Below are positions 8,566 through 17,114 of a stretch of DNA of 64,000 nucleotides, piece after piece. A program made the translations under genes and the position numbers. The notes under the pieces were generated by a model. The model saw only the letters and a program-made list of their open reading frames with translations. It was not told the DNA's origin and searched no databases. Where the stretch lies: contig CALXWB010000004.1 in the NCBI GenBank assembly GCA_944392225.1, positions 206 through 64,205 of the forward strand, given 5' to 3'. Position 1 is the stretch's first letter; each line of letters opens with the position of its first letter. Origin of the DNA: an uncultured Alphaproteobacteria bacterium. Its GTDB lineage: Bacteria; Pseudomonadota; Alphaproteobacteria; RF32; CAG-239.

Positions 8566-9126
8566 TCATAAATACATATACCAAATGATATCATTTTTTT
8601 CAGAACATGACTTTTGGCATATATCTTTAGACAAGGGCAAAGAATTATTTTCAGTCCAATCAAAGAGATAGGTATTTTTGTTAATGATTGAGACAGATGC
8701 CACGCCCAATAAATTTTTTTCATCAAAATCAAATTGAGCCAAAGCCACACACTCATCGTAGTTCAAATTTTTATAAATAATGGCAAAATTTCTGCTTCCC
8801 GGCATCACGGTATTTCCGTTTACATCGGCACCGATGAGAATCTCTTTGGCAAGAGCATTGATAATTTGGCCGTCTTTAAGCATATTCTGCGGCACAATAT
8901 TATTTTTTATGGCCGAAAAAGTGTTCAAGCCCCAGGCGTCAGGTTTGTTCCTATAAGCATTTCTGATATTATCGGTCAAGGTCAGAAGTTGTTTTTGTGC
9001 CGCATAGACGTTGCTATCGGAAGAAGAAAAACAAAAGAACAGAACAGCGCACAGAGCCACTATCGCCAAAACGCCGAGATATAATTTTTTGTTTTTCAGA
9101 TGATAATAAATCATATTCCAATTCAT
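8566..9126 (-). CDS. Pilin-like paralogue lacking a canonical prepilin cleavage motif
   Basis: N-terminal hydrophobic helix 'LYLGVLAIVALCAVLFF' without G-x4-E. The globular part aligns by eye to the adjacent pilin: 'AQKQLLTLTDNIRNAY..GLNT..IVPQNML..FAIIYKNLNYDECVALA..VSI' vs 'AQDQISMLLINIRTAF..GLTN..IVPGDML..FIITYYGLGKETCTSLA..VSI'. Confidence 0.5.
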   Translation of the reverse strand: MNWNMIYYHLKNKKLYLGVLAIVALCAVLFFCFSSSDSNVYAAQKQLLTLTDNIRNAYRNKPDAWGLNTFSAIKNNIVPQNMLKDGQIINALAKEILIGADVNGNTVMPGSRNFAIIYKNLNYDECVALAQFDFDEKNLLGVASVSIINKNTYLFDWTENNSLPLSKDICQKSCSEKNDIIWYMYL

Positions 9127-9132
9127 AACATA

Positions 9133-10266
9133 TTATCCGATACCCATTTGGTTTGTGATCTGATCTTGCATGGCGAAAGTTCCCATAACGGCCCAGGCAA
9201 TCACACCTGCAACACTCAAAATGGCCACCATGTTCAAAATATCTGCCTTTTGTTCAATCAAGTAGACAGATTCATCCAACCACTCATTGGCCAAAGATTC
9301 AAGAGCTTCTTCAAAATTATCCAACTCTGAATAAATTTTCAAATCGGCAATAATCTCTTTATCGGGAAAATTGAGCTTAGTTTTTTTCAAGGCCACACCC
9401 AAGTTATCACCATTATTAATAAAAACAAGCGTTTTATCAATACGTTCTTTCAAATATCTGCTGGCATCGCGGCGCAGAGCACGCATGGCGGTAGAAACCG
9501 GGGTTCCGCCTTTGACCAAAGCAGACAAAGCCAAAAGCCAGCTGATTCCGACAAATATCTTATAAAGAGAATAAGGAGGGATATTATCTACGATAGCTCT
9601 AAGCCTTCCTGTCCAGATACTAATGGTAGAATAAATAATGATCATGATAACCGGCAAAATACTAAAAGCTAGAAGCCAATTATCTTTAATCCAGGCAGAA
9701 AGGTCGACCAAATCTCTGGCCATGCCGGTCCAACGTGTGCCCGGAGCGGCATCAAGCATAGGCGGCACCATATAAATTCCGATGGCATAAATAATCAAAA
9801 CCGACATCATGAACAGAAAAGCCGGATAAGCAATAGCACCGATAATCGGTCGAATCATTTTGGAAGAGCCTTCCGTCACGCGGATAAGGTTGAGCAAAGC
9901 ACCTTCCAAGTCAGACACATCACCCACCGAAAGCATCAATCTTTCACGATCCGGAGCCCAACCTTTAAGCGCATCGGAAAAAGTCAAACCGTTATTCAAG
10001 GCTCTGGCCCAACAAGCAATGGCAATAGCCATGGGTTCGCCCGGGCTTTTTCCTCCGTCGCTGGCACTATCATGCAACATATCCAAAGCGCTCATAAGAG
10101 AAAATCTGTTTTTCATGAGGGAGGCAATTTTTTTATAGAGTTTCAATCTGGCTTTGTTAGAAAAAAGACAAATCATTTTAGCATAATATTCTTCAATAAC
10201 ATTAAGCTGGCGCATAGCGCGCTGAATAGAGTTTGAAACATTACTTTTGTCTTTATTTTCAGCCAT
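9133..10266 (-). CDS. GspF/PilC-family inner-membrane platform protein (R64 PilR-like)
   Basis: Two repeated cytoplasmic T2SS_F-like modules ('NNGLTFSDALKGW..DRERLMLSVGDVSDLEGAL' and 'NNGDNLGVALKK..PDKEIIADLKIYSELDNFEEAL') separated by TM helices. Start moved to ATG 10266 (MAENKDK, GAGG upstream), which removes the overlap with the ATPase gene. Confidence 0.8.
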   Translation of the reverse strand: MAENKDKSNVSNSIQRAMRQLNVIEEYYAKMICLFSNKARLKLYKKIASLMKNRFSLMSALDMLHDSASDGGKSPGEPMAIAIACWARALNNGLTFSDALKGWAPDRERLMLSVGDVSDLEGALLNLIRVTEGSSKMIRPIIGAIAYPAFLFMMSVLIIYAIGIYMVPPMLDAAPGTRWTGMARDLVDLSAWIKDNWLLAFSILPVIMIIIYSTISIWTGRLRAIVDNIPPYSLYKIFVGISWLLALSALVKGGTPVSTAMRALRRDASRYLKERIDKTLVFINNGDNLGVALKKTKLNFPDKEIIADLKIYSELDNFEEALESLANEWLDESVYLIEQKADILNMVAILSVAGVIAWAVMGTFAMQDQITNQMGIG

Positions 10267-10289
10267 AAATTTTACCTCACATATATATA

Positions 10290-11963
10290 TTAATAAGTCG
10301 GACGTTGATCCATCAGGCCGCACCAACGTTCCACTTCGTCCAAATCAATATATCCTTTCAGCATTTTTTCAATAGCAGCATCTTTCATCAGTCTGCCGTT
10401 CAAATCGCTGGTCCAATAGTCAATAGCTTTTCTTGTTTCTCCTTTGATGATGAGTTCCAAGAACATGGCATCCGGCAAAATAATTTCAGAAACGCAAGTT
10501 CTGCCTTTAATCCCCGTTCCGCCGCAGAATTTGCACCCCGGACCGCGAATATAAGTATTTTCCACACCAAAATCACCCAAAGCGGTTTTCAAACGTTGCA
10601 CCGAGGGCATATCGGTATGTTCTTTAACGGCAACGCGGCAATGCGGACAAAGTTTTCTAAACAAGCGTTGTCCGATCAAGCCTTTAATAAGCTCCGGGTC
10701 GCCGAGTTTAAAGCTTTCAACGCCCATATCACGCAAACGCGGAATAATTGCCGGAGCCGAGTTTGCGTGCAAGGTTGTCCAAATGCCGTGGCCGGACAAA
10801 GCCCCTTTAAAAGTCAATTGTGCGGCAGACAAAGTTCTAATCTCACCAACCATCATCACATCCGGGTCGGAACGCAAAGCTGCAGACAAAGCTTTAGTAA
10901 ATTGCTCATCTTTTTCTTCTTCGGTATTAGCGTTGGTCACCGGCATTTGTCTTGCGCCCGGAATAGGATATTCCGGCGGATCTTCCACGGTAATGAGGTT
11001 GATTTCATAATTCTTTTCCTGCAAGAGCTTAATCATATTTCTTTGCAGGGTTGTACTTTTACCGCTGCCCGTCGGCCCGGAAATAATGCTGACCCCGGTT
11101 GGCACGGCACGCAAGCGATAAAACAAATTTTCTTCATATTCTCCAAAACCCAACGAGGATAAATCGGAGCTACCATTCGGGTTGTCATCGGCATAGAGCA
11201 AGCGCATAACCAAATATTGCGAACCGAAGGCAATCGGGTTAAATTGCAGACGAATAGCCAAAATATTATGCGGCAGCATCAACTTACCTTTGGAGCCGCG
11301 CAAAGGCGTGGAACCGAGCTTTTGAGCGCCCTGAAATTCATTTTGCGTGTAGTTTGAATCGGAAATATCGGCAGAAGCAAAAGCGGCACGCACAAAAGAT
11401 TCGCCCCAATCTTTATTATATTCCATCTCAACGGCCATCATACCGTTGATTCTAAACATAATCAACGTGCTGTCTGCCACCACAACGTGAATATCGGATA
11501 CTTTTTTTTCAGCGGCACGTGTCACCACGTTGACAAAGTCTTTCTGCATTTGCAGAGCATTAAGGTCGCTATCAGCTTCAATATCAACAATATTACGCTC
11601 TGCATAATTATAAATGGCATTAATTTCGTTTTGGCTGACATAAACCGGCTTGGCAATGATGAGCTTTTTTTTGCGAGCCAAAACCTCAAAGCTCAGAACA
11701 CGACCGTCGAACTTGTGTGTTTCCGAAACCAAAAAAGACCCGTCTGAAAACAGCGCCAAAAGTCTTCTTGTATCATCATTAATGGTTAAAACCCCACCGG
11801 GGACCGTCAATAATTTTCGGTTGTTTTTAAAATAAGCTTCAACAGAATCAAAAGCTTCCGTAATTTCCGTATCTTGAGACGAGGTTGCTTGTCCTTCTTG
11901 CGGAGCATCGGAAGAAGTATTCTCATCTTTTGGTGCAATGTTTTCTTCAGATTCTTCTGCCAT
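10290..11963 (-). CDS. GspE/PilB-family pilus assembly ATPase (R64 PilQ-like)
   Basis: Walker A 'ISGPTGSGKSTT', Asp box 'VMMVGEIR', His box 'GHGIWTTLHAN', and a tetracysteine Zn motif 'CPHC...GPGCKFCGGTG'. The N-terminus is acidic. Confidence 0.9.
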   Translation of the reverse strand: MAEESEENIAPKDENTSSDAPQEGQATSSQDTEITEAFDSVEAYFKNNRKLLTVPGGVLTINDDTRRLLALFSDGSFLVSETHKFDGRVLSFEVLARKKKLIIAKPVYVSQNEINAIYNYAERNIVDIEADSDLNALQMQKDFVNVVTRAAEKKVSDIHVVVADSTLIMFRINGMMAVEMEYNKDWGESFVRAAFASADISDSNYTQNEFQGAQKLGSTPLRGSKGKLMLPHNILAIRLQFNPIAFGSQYLVMRLLYADDNPNGSSDLSSLGFGEYEENLFYRLRAVPTGVSIISGPTGSGKSTTLQRNMIKLLQEKNYEINLITVEDPPEYPIPGARQMPVTNANTEEEKDEQFTKALSAALRSDPDVMMVGEIRTLSAAQLTFKGALSGHGIWTTLHANSAPAIIPRLRDMGVESFKLGDPELIKGLIGQRLFRKLCPHCRVAVKEHTDMPSVQRLKTALGDFGVENTYIRGPGCKFCGGTGIKGRTCVSEIILPDAMFLELIIKGETRKAIDYWTSDLNGRLMKDAAIEKMLKGYIDLDEVERWCGLMDQRPTY

Positions 11964-11976
11964 TTTTTGCCCGTAA

Positions 11977-13476
11977 TTATCTTATGGTCATTTCAGCGCT
12001 CATATTGGGAATACCCTCTGCTGAATAAACGGCAGAGCTGAATTGTGTATCTTTTTTGGGTTCCTCAGGGAGATTATTTACATTTATCTGCTGTGTTTGA
12101 ACGGGCTCTTTATCTAAGATTCCGCCGGCAGAAAAATATAAATATTCTTTAGAGCCATTTCTGTCTGTTCGAACATAAGTTTGAGAAATTTCATCAACAA
12201 CATGTCCGCTTTGTAAGGTTGTCCCTTTCTTGACCCAGAAAGGTTGTCCGGAAGCATTAATCAGTTTTGCCGTAATATCAGCACCTTTACCGCGAATTTC
12301 CATAATGGCATACATGTCGCTTAGTTTGACGGCGCTTTCTTCAGCAGCAGGCTGTTCTCCGTCGGCAAAGGGGTTTTGTTGTGCGGTAGTCGCATCAAGC
12401 CTTGCATTCAGAATAGATATCTGAGTTTGCAAATCAGAAACAATTTTAGCGTGCTCGTCTCTGACTTGGATGGCATCACTGGTTGCCTGATCAGCCAATT
12501 GTTTTAACTGAACAAATCTTCCTTTGAAATCATTAATAAGCTGCGCTCTTTCTTGTCTCAAGGCGGCAAGTTCTTTATAGGTTTCTTCTTTTGATGCAAT
12601 AAAGTCCTGCATTTCTTTGAGCATTTTGTTCTTGTATGCTTTCAAGATTTTTTCTTGCCGAGCATTTTCTAAAGCAATTTCAAGGCTTTTAAGGCGTTGC
12701 TTTTCTTGCAGCAACATTTTTTCTTGTTCATTTTCCCATTCTTGCTGTTTTCTTTTTTCAGCTTCTTTACGTGCAAGTTCTTCTTGTTGCGCCTTCGAGC
12801 GTATGGCTTTTAAAGAATCAATACTGTTTTGAACTTTTTCTTTTTTGAGCTCCAAGTTAAGAATTGCCGTTTGCTTTTCCAATTCAGACATTTGGTCAAA
12901 AATTTTATCATCAACATCTTTAACCAATTGAACCTGCGCCGGAGCTGTCTTTATGGGTTGTTCGCTTTTTGCGGAAACTTCATTGCCGGATGGTGTTTGT
13001 TGCACAGATTTAACCTTTGCATTTCCGCCAAGACCGAGCTCAGCAGCAGATTTTGGTTTGGCATTTCCGCCAAGACCGAGCTCAGCAGCAGATTTTTGTT
13101 TGGCATTTCCGCCAAGACCGAGCTCAGCGGCAGATTTTGGTTTGGCATTTCCGCCAAGACCAAGCTCAGCAGCAGATTTAGGTTTGGCACTTCCGCCAAG
13201 ACCGAGCTCAGCGGCAGATTTGGGTTTGGCTTTTCCACCCAAACCGAGCTCAGCAGCAGATTTTACGCCGGAACTTGATTTTGCAGGCGTGATAACGGAG
13301 CTTTTGTTGTCATCGCCAAACAAAGAAATCTCATCAGTAAATTCTTCTGCATTTTGTGATTTAGACTTATCGTCAAGCTTAATAACGCCTTGAGCCAAGC
13401 TTAAGTTTACAAAACTTAAACTCAAAACCAAAGCCAAGGCAGACGTTCCTAAAATATTTTTTATATTATAACGCAT
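11977..13476 (-). CDS. Secreted PilP-like pilus biogenesis protein with tandem-repeat and coiled-coil extension
   Basis: Signal peptide MRYNIKNILGTSALALVLSLSFVNLSLAQG (start moved to ATG 13476 behind GAGGGAG). Six 'KSAAELGLGGNAKP' repeats and a long K/E/Q coiled coil. The C-terminal ~90 aa 'VKLSDMYAIMEIRGKGADITAKLINASGQPFWVKKGTTLQSGHVVDEISQTYVRT' resembles the PilP beta-domain pattern. Its position between the PilO-like gene and the ATPase matches R64 pilP. Confidence 0.5.
   Translation of the reverse strand: MRYNIKNILGTSALALVLSLSFVNLSLAQGVIKLDDKSKSQNAEEFTDEISLFGDDNKSSVITPAKSSSGVKSAAELGLGGKAKPKSAAELGLGGSAKPKSAAELGLGGNAKPKSAAELGLGGNAKQKSAAELGLGGNAKPKSAAELGLGGNAKVKSVQQTPSGNEVSAKSEQPIKTAPAQVQLVKDVDDKIFDQMSELEKQTAILNLELKKEKVQNSIDSLKAIRSKAQQEELARKEAEKRKQQEWENEQEKMLLQEKQRLKSLEIALENARQEKILKAYKNKMLKEMQDFIASKEETYKELAALRQERAQLINDFKGRFVQLKQLADQATSDAIQVRDEHAKIVSDLQTQISILNARLDATTAQQNPFADGEQPAAEESAVKLSDMYAIMEIRGKGADITAKLINASGQPFWVKKGTTLQSGHVVDEISQTYVRTDRNGSKEYLYFSAGGILDKEPVQTQQINVNNLPEEPKKDTQFSSAVYSAEGIPNMSAEMTIR
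13012..13263 (-). repeat. Six in-frame tandem 42-bp repeats (14-aa unit KSAAELGLGG[NSK]AK[PQV])
   Basis: Read directly: ATTTCCGCCAAGACCGAGCTCAGCAGCAGATTTTGGTTTGGC repeated head-to-tail with a few substitutions. 252 nt = 6 x 42. Confidence 0.9.
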
Positions 13477-14746
13477 AGATAGCTCCCTCATAAACCCAAT
13501 CACGACCGTTATATTCAATCACTTTAATATCAAGTCCTGAAAATTTTGTTAACAAACCTTTCCAAATCAACGGATTATAGTCGGAAGTGAACTTAAAACC
13601 GACATATCTGTATACCATTTTCTTTTCTTTAGAAACATTCTGCGTAAAAGAACCGTTCGTCAAAGATACTTTTTGCCCGATTGTCTGGAAGAAATTATTC
13701 AAAGTTTCACGCAATTTGAAAATTGTCATTTGCGGTGCGGAAGAAACAGTCGGAATATTCCTAAAATTAATTCCCACCCCGATACTGTTTCCATCCGTGG
13801 AAAAAGTTCTGAAAGAAAAATTAATTTCGGACTGATCCAAAGCCTTGTCCATCCAGGTCATTCTCCCCACTTCTCTTTTCCAAGAAGTGCTTATGCCGGT
13901 TTGCGTGCACTTAAAAGCACCTCTTTTCCATCCCGGAGCCACAATGCGCTGCATTATTTTAATATTTTCAACACACTGATCTATAATTTGGCTCGGATCT
14001 TTGAGCTTTTCCCAAGGTTTAATAATGGGGGCCTGTTCCACCTTTTTAACCACTTTGGGGCGCACGGGAACCACCACCGGGCGTTTGACCGGCGTAAAGA
14101 AAAGAGCATCAATCAAGTTTGAAAGCAGCCACAATCCAACCACGGCAGAAATACCGACCAGCATCAAAAGCTTAGCGCCTTTCAGACCTTTGATTTTCTG
14201 TAATTTTGCCGTAGCACCGCGCTGCATAAGATATTCAAGCTTGATATCTTCTGTATCTTCAATATTCCACTCTTTGGGCGCAATCTTGCGGCCCCAGTCA
14301 GGCACCGCCAGCATGGACATAAATTGGTTTTTGGCATCATCTTCATTCAAGAAGAGCATATCACCGTCAGAAAGAATAATATCATTTCTGACGCAGGTAT
14401 ACCACCAACCTTCATTGACCTTAAACACGGCAATAAAAGAAGACCTGTCGGCCAGGGCCGTAGACAAAGTAACGGCAGCGGCCATTTGTCCGCGTTTATA
14501 TCCTTCTTGCGAAACGCAAATACCAAACTGCGGTGCTTTACCCGGTTTAATACAGTATAAATCCGCACCTTCGAGGATTCCCTCAGAAGCTTCGGCAACT
14601 TCACTTAGCGGATCTTCTTGATTTTGCAGGGGTTGCCAAAACAAGCTTGTGGCATAATTTTTACCGCCGATATCCAAGCTCACACCCCAGGTGCGATTAG
14701 CCCCGGTTGTTTCATCCCCATCTATAAATTTTGCATCATCAAGCAC
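13466..14746 (-). CDS. PilO-like (type IVb, R64/PAPI-1 PilO2-like) pilus accessory protein
   Basis: 426 aa. Cytoplasmic N-domain ('SLFWQPL...'), a single central TM 'LLMLVGISAVVGLWLLSNLI', then a periplasmic domain. Size, topology and position between the secretin and the PilP-like gene match R64 pilO. No motif-level proof. Confidence 0.45.
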   Translation of the reverse strand: MLDDAKFIDGDETTGANRTWGVSLDIGGKNYATSLFWQPLQNQEDPLSEVAEASEGILEGADLYCIKPGKAPQFGICVSQEGYKRGQMAAAVTLSTALADRSSFIAVFKVNEGWWYTCVRNDIILSDGDMLFLNEDDAKNQFMSMLAVPDWGRKIAPKEWNIEDTEDIKLEYLMQRGATAKLQKIKGLKGAKLLMLVGISAVVGLWLLSNLIDALFFTPVKRPVVVPVRPKVVKKVEQAPIIKPWEKLKDPSQIIDQCVENIKIMQRIVAPGWKRGAFKCTQTGISTSWKREVGRMTWMDKALDQSEINFSFRTFSTDGNSIGVGINFRNIPTVSSAPQMTIFKLRETLNNFFQTIGQKVSLTNGSFTQNVSKEKKMVYRYVGFKFTSDYNPLIWKGLLTKFSGLDIKVIEYNGRDWVYEGAIYAL

Positions 14747-14761
14747 TTGACCATACCTTTT

Positions 14762-16381
14762 TTAATAAGTTTTCATTCTTGATTCAGGCGACAAAGGTGT
14801 TTCAAGAACGATAGGTGTTAAGATAATAACAAGCAAGCTTCTGTCCTTGGTTGCTTTTGCTGTTCCGCCCAAGAGGGAGTTATCAGCAGAGCCAACGCCG
14901 GATTTGTTTGCTTCGCTTTCCACACGTTCATAACCGCTCAAGATCAAAGATTCACCGGATTTCAAAGCCACTTCTTGTGTAAAGCCTCTGGTCTCAATAA
15001 TCGGGTTTTGAATATATTCTCCTGATGCCTCTTTGGTTGGGTCTTCACTGGTTTGCAAATAAACTTTTTCCAAAGAGATCAAATCAGAAAGCGTCAGGTT
15101 AAACATCATTAACAAACGTCCGTGTTCCAAAATTCTGGGCAAGACATTAAGCGTGAAACCTGTTTCAATTTCTTCCGTTTCGGTAGAAATATCATAATCA
15201 TAACCGCTGTCAGAGCTGCCGGAATTCGTTTTTGTAATTTCAGAAATATAATTTTCTGTTCTGGTCACCTGAATTGGTGCCGGCTTATTATTAAGTGTGG
15301 TCACGGTTCCGCTGGTTACCAAGGTTGTGTTTGTCTTTTCAGACAAAGCTTGGATAAAGGAGTTTGCATTCCAGTTTCCCGGAGCAATGGTCATATTGAT
15401 ATTTTTCTGAATCTCGTCAGACAGACCGCTCGGGCTGGCAATATTGAGTTGAGTTTTGCCATCATTGAAGCCGGCAGACAAGCTCAAGCCATACTGATCA
15501 GAGTCAGAAACGCTGACTTGCAATACTTTAACGCTGATAGCCACTTGGCGGGAGAGTCTAACGTTTTGCTCATTAATATATTTAGCAACTTTTTTAATTT
15601 CAGTCGGTGTTCCCGTCAATGTAACGGTGCCGTTTGCCGCATCAACACTGAGCTTAGAACCTTGTCCGATCATGGAGTTAATGGCTTTTTCCATATTTCC
15701 CCAAAGCTCGACATCGGCGCCGGATGTCAAAGAAGCAGAGGCATTTCCGCTTTCGCCGCTGACTTCACCGCCCATATTAACCTTTAAGGAAGGTTTGGTT
15801 GGCAAACTATAAACGGTAAACGTTCTTGTCTCATATTTATAGAAAAGGATTTGATTCTTGTCATATTTCCACCAAACACCAAATCTGGAGGCAACTTCGT
15901 TTAACAAACCGCTTAAAGATCCTTTGTAAGAAACCAACATCTTTTGCGGGTCAGTCCAGTCAACATTCATAGATTTTGCCGTGGGTTGGTTTTCTGCCGC
16001 AGTGTTACGAACAGAATCTTCCAAGCTGCTGGCATAGCGCACGTCAATAGATGTAATTTGGTTAATCATATCGCCGATTTCATACAAAGTAATCGGTCTG
16101 TTGCTGACAAGAGTAATCCCGTCAGGGGCTTCCAAATAGGCAGGCAGAGGCGCCCCGTTATATTCAATTTCCGAGGTATCACCGAGCCAAATATCATTTT
16201 TAACTCTGACCACATCTTCGGGAGCAATAGCGGTCGGAACTTTTGCTTTTTCTTTTAACTCGGTAGATGTTTTAACTTCTCTTTCAATCTCGGCATCAAG
16301 CTGAGTAGACATTGAGCAAGCTGCAATCAATGCACAAACAGAAACGCCTAAAACAAATTTTAGTGAGTTATTCATATGCAT
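14762..16381 (-). CDS. Type IVb pilus secretin, lipoprotein (PilN/BfpB/TcpC-like)
   Basis: Lipobox 'ALIAAC'. N0-like domain 'GSLSGLLNEVASRFGVWWKYDKNQILFYKYETRTFTVYSLP'. Secretin core 'VAISVKVLQVSVSD..', '..TLVTSGTVTTLNNKPAPIQV', 'GFTLNVLPRILEHGRLLMMFNL', 'GESLILSGYER...LLVIILTPIVL'. Start chosen at ATG 16381 (GGAGG 6 nt upstream); the track start is 16405. Confidence 0.8.
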   Translation of the reverse strand: MHMNNSLKFVLGVSVCALIAACSMSTQLDAEIEREVKTSTELKEKAKVPTAIAPEDVVRVKNDIWLGDTSEIEYNGAPLPAYLEAPDGITLVSNRPITLYEIGDMINQITSIDVRYASSLEDSVRNTAAENQPTAKSMNVDWTDPQKMLVSYKGSLSGLLNEVASRFGVWWKYDKNQILFYKYETRTFTVYSLPTKPSLKVNMGGEVSGESGNASASLTSGADVELWGNMEKAINSMIGQGSKLSVDAANGTVTLTGTPTEIKKVAKYINEQNVRLSRQVAISVKVLQVSVSDSDQYGLSLSAGFNDGKTQLNIASPSGLSDEIQKNINMTIAPGNWNANSFIQALSEKTNTTLVTSGTVTTLNNKPAPIQVTRTENYISEITKTNSGSSDSGYDYDISTETEEIETGFTLNVLPRILEHGRLLMMFNLTLSDLISLEKVYLQTSEDPTKEASGEYIQNPIIETRGFTQEVALKSGESLILSGYERVESEANKSGVGSADNSLLGGTAKATKDRSLLVIILTPIVLETPLSPESRMKTY

Positions 16382-17057
16382 TTTCATCCTCCAATGTCTC
16401 AACAACTAAAACTCTGTTTCCTTTATAAAACGTAGCAATAGGAGCCGGTTTTGCTCTGGCAAAAGCTCTGATCAAAGCAGAGCTAACATCGGCAAAACGG
16501 CCTCTGAACATAGCACCTGCGGTTAAGGTATAGTTTCGATTTGTGTTCCAAACCAATCTCCAACCGGCACGGTCACTCCATTCGGTCAGCAAAGTTTTCA
16601 AGGTTTTACCTTCTTCAGCCAGCCAATCTTCCACCGGGTCTTCGGCAGAGCCGTTATCTTGCCCGTTTCCGCCGTTTGCTTCCTCTGTTTCGCTTATGGA
16701 AACGCTTTCCTCATAGTCAACGACTTCTTCTTCAATACCGCCGACCGGGGGAATGGAGGCGGAAAGATTGCTTCCTGCGCCGCCGTCAACAACCAGTTGA
16801 TCTCTGGGGGTTCTTTCGCCATATTCTTTATAATCTGCAGCAACTCTGGAGTTTTCAACAAAATCATTAGTTACGGGCGGAATATTTTGAATATTCTGAG
16901 ACTGAGTTTGCTGAGACGCTGCTGCCGAAGCAGGAGCCGTCGCAGGGTGAGACATATAATATCCTGAGCAACCGGTTAAAATTAAAGCACAAGATAAAAA
17001 CAGAGATAATTTTGTTTTTTCATACATTTTTGCGGATCCTAAGCAATTTTTTTTCAT
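16368..17057 (-). CDS. PilL/TcpQ-like pilus lipoprotein
   Basis: Lipobox 'ILTGC'. Low-complexity acidic linker. The C-terminal 'TLKTLLTEWSDRAGWRLVWNTNRNYTLTAGAMFRGRFADVSSALIRAFA....ATFYKGNRVLVV' resembles the TcpQ/PilL C-terminal domain. It sits immediately upstream of the secretin, as in R64. Alternative start at ATG 17027. Confidence 0.55.
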   Translation of the reverse strand: MKKNCLGSAKMYEKTKLSLFLSCALILTGCSGYYMSHPATAPASAAASQQTQSQNIQNIPPVTNDFVENSRVAADYKEYGERTPRDQLVVDGGAGSNLSASIPPVGGIEEEVVDYEESVSISETEEANGGNGQDNGSAEDPVEDWLAEEGKTLKTLLTEWSDRAGWRLVWNTNRNYTLTAGAMFRGRFADVSSALIRAFARAKPAPIATFYKGNRVLVVETLEDENAYE

Positions 17058-17114
17058 AATTTTTACCTATCATACATACTCAAAAATAAATAATCAAGCG
17101 TAAGCAACAACTTA

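Noticed and set aside
10305-11162. A 285-aa plus-strand ORF.
   Set aside because: It is antisense to the GspE/PilB ATPase gene, whose Walker A/B, His-box and Zn-finger motifs make the minus-strand frame certain.
13012-13263. Regularly spaced direct repeats here (and at 48061..48726) that could superficially suggest a CRISPR array.
   Set aside because: The units are contiguous with no unique spacers. The period is a multiple of three, and they are in frame inside long ORFs with sensible translated repeats. No cas genes are present.
12829-13393. Plus-strand ORFs (149 and 146 aa) and a minus-strand 95-aa ORF encoding repetitive 'PPRPSSAADFGLAF'-type peptides.
   Set aside because: These are antisense or alternative-frame shadows of the 6 x 42-bp repeat in the PilP-like gene.
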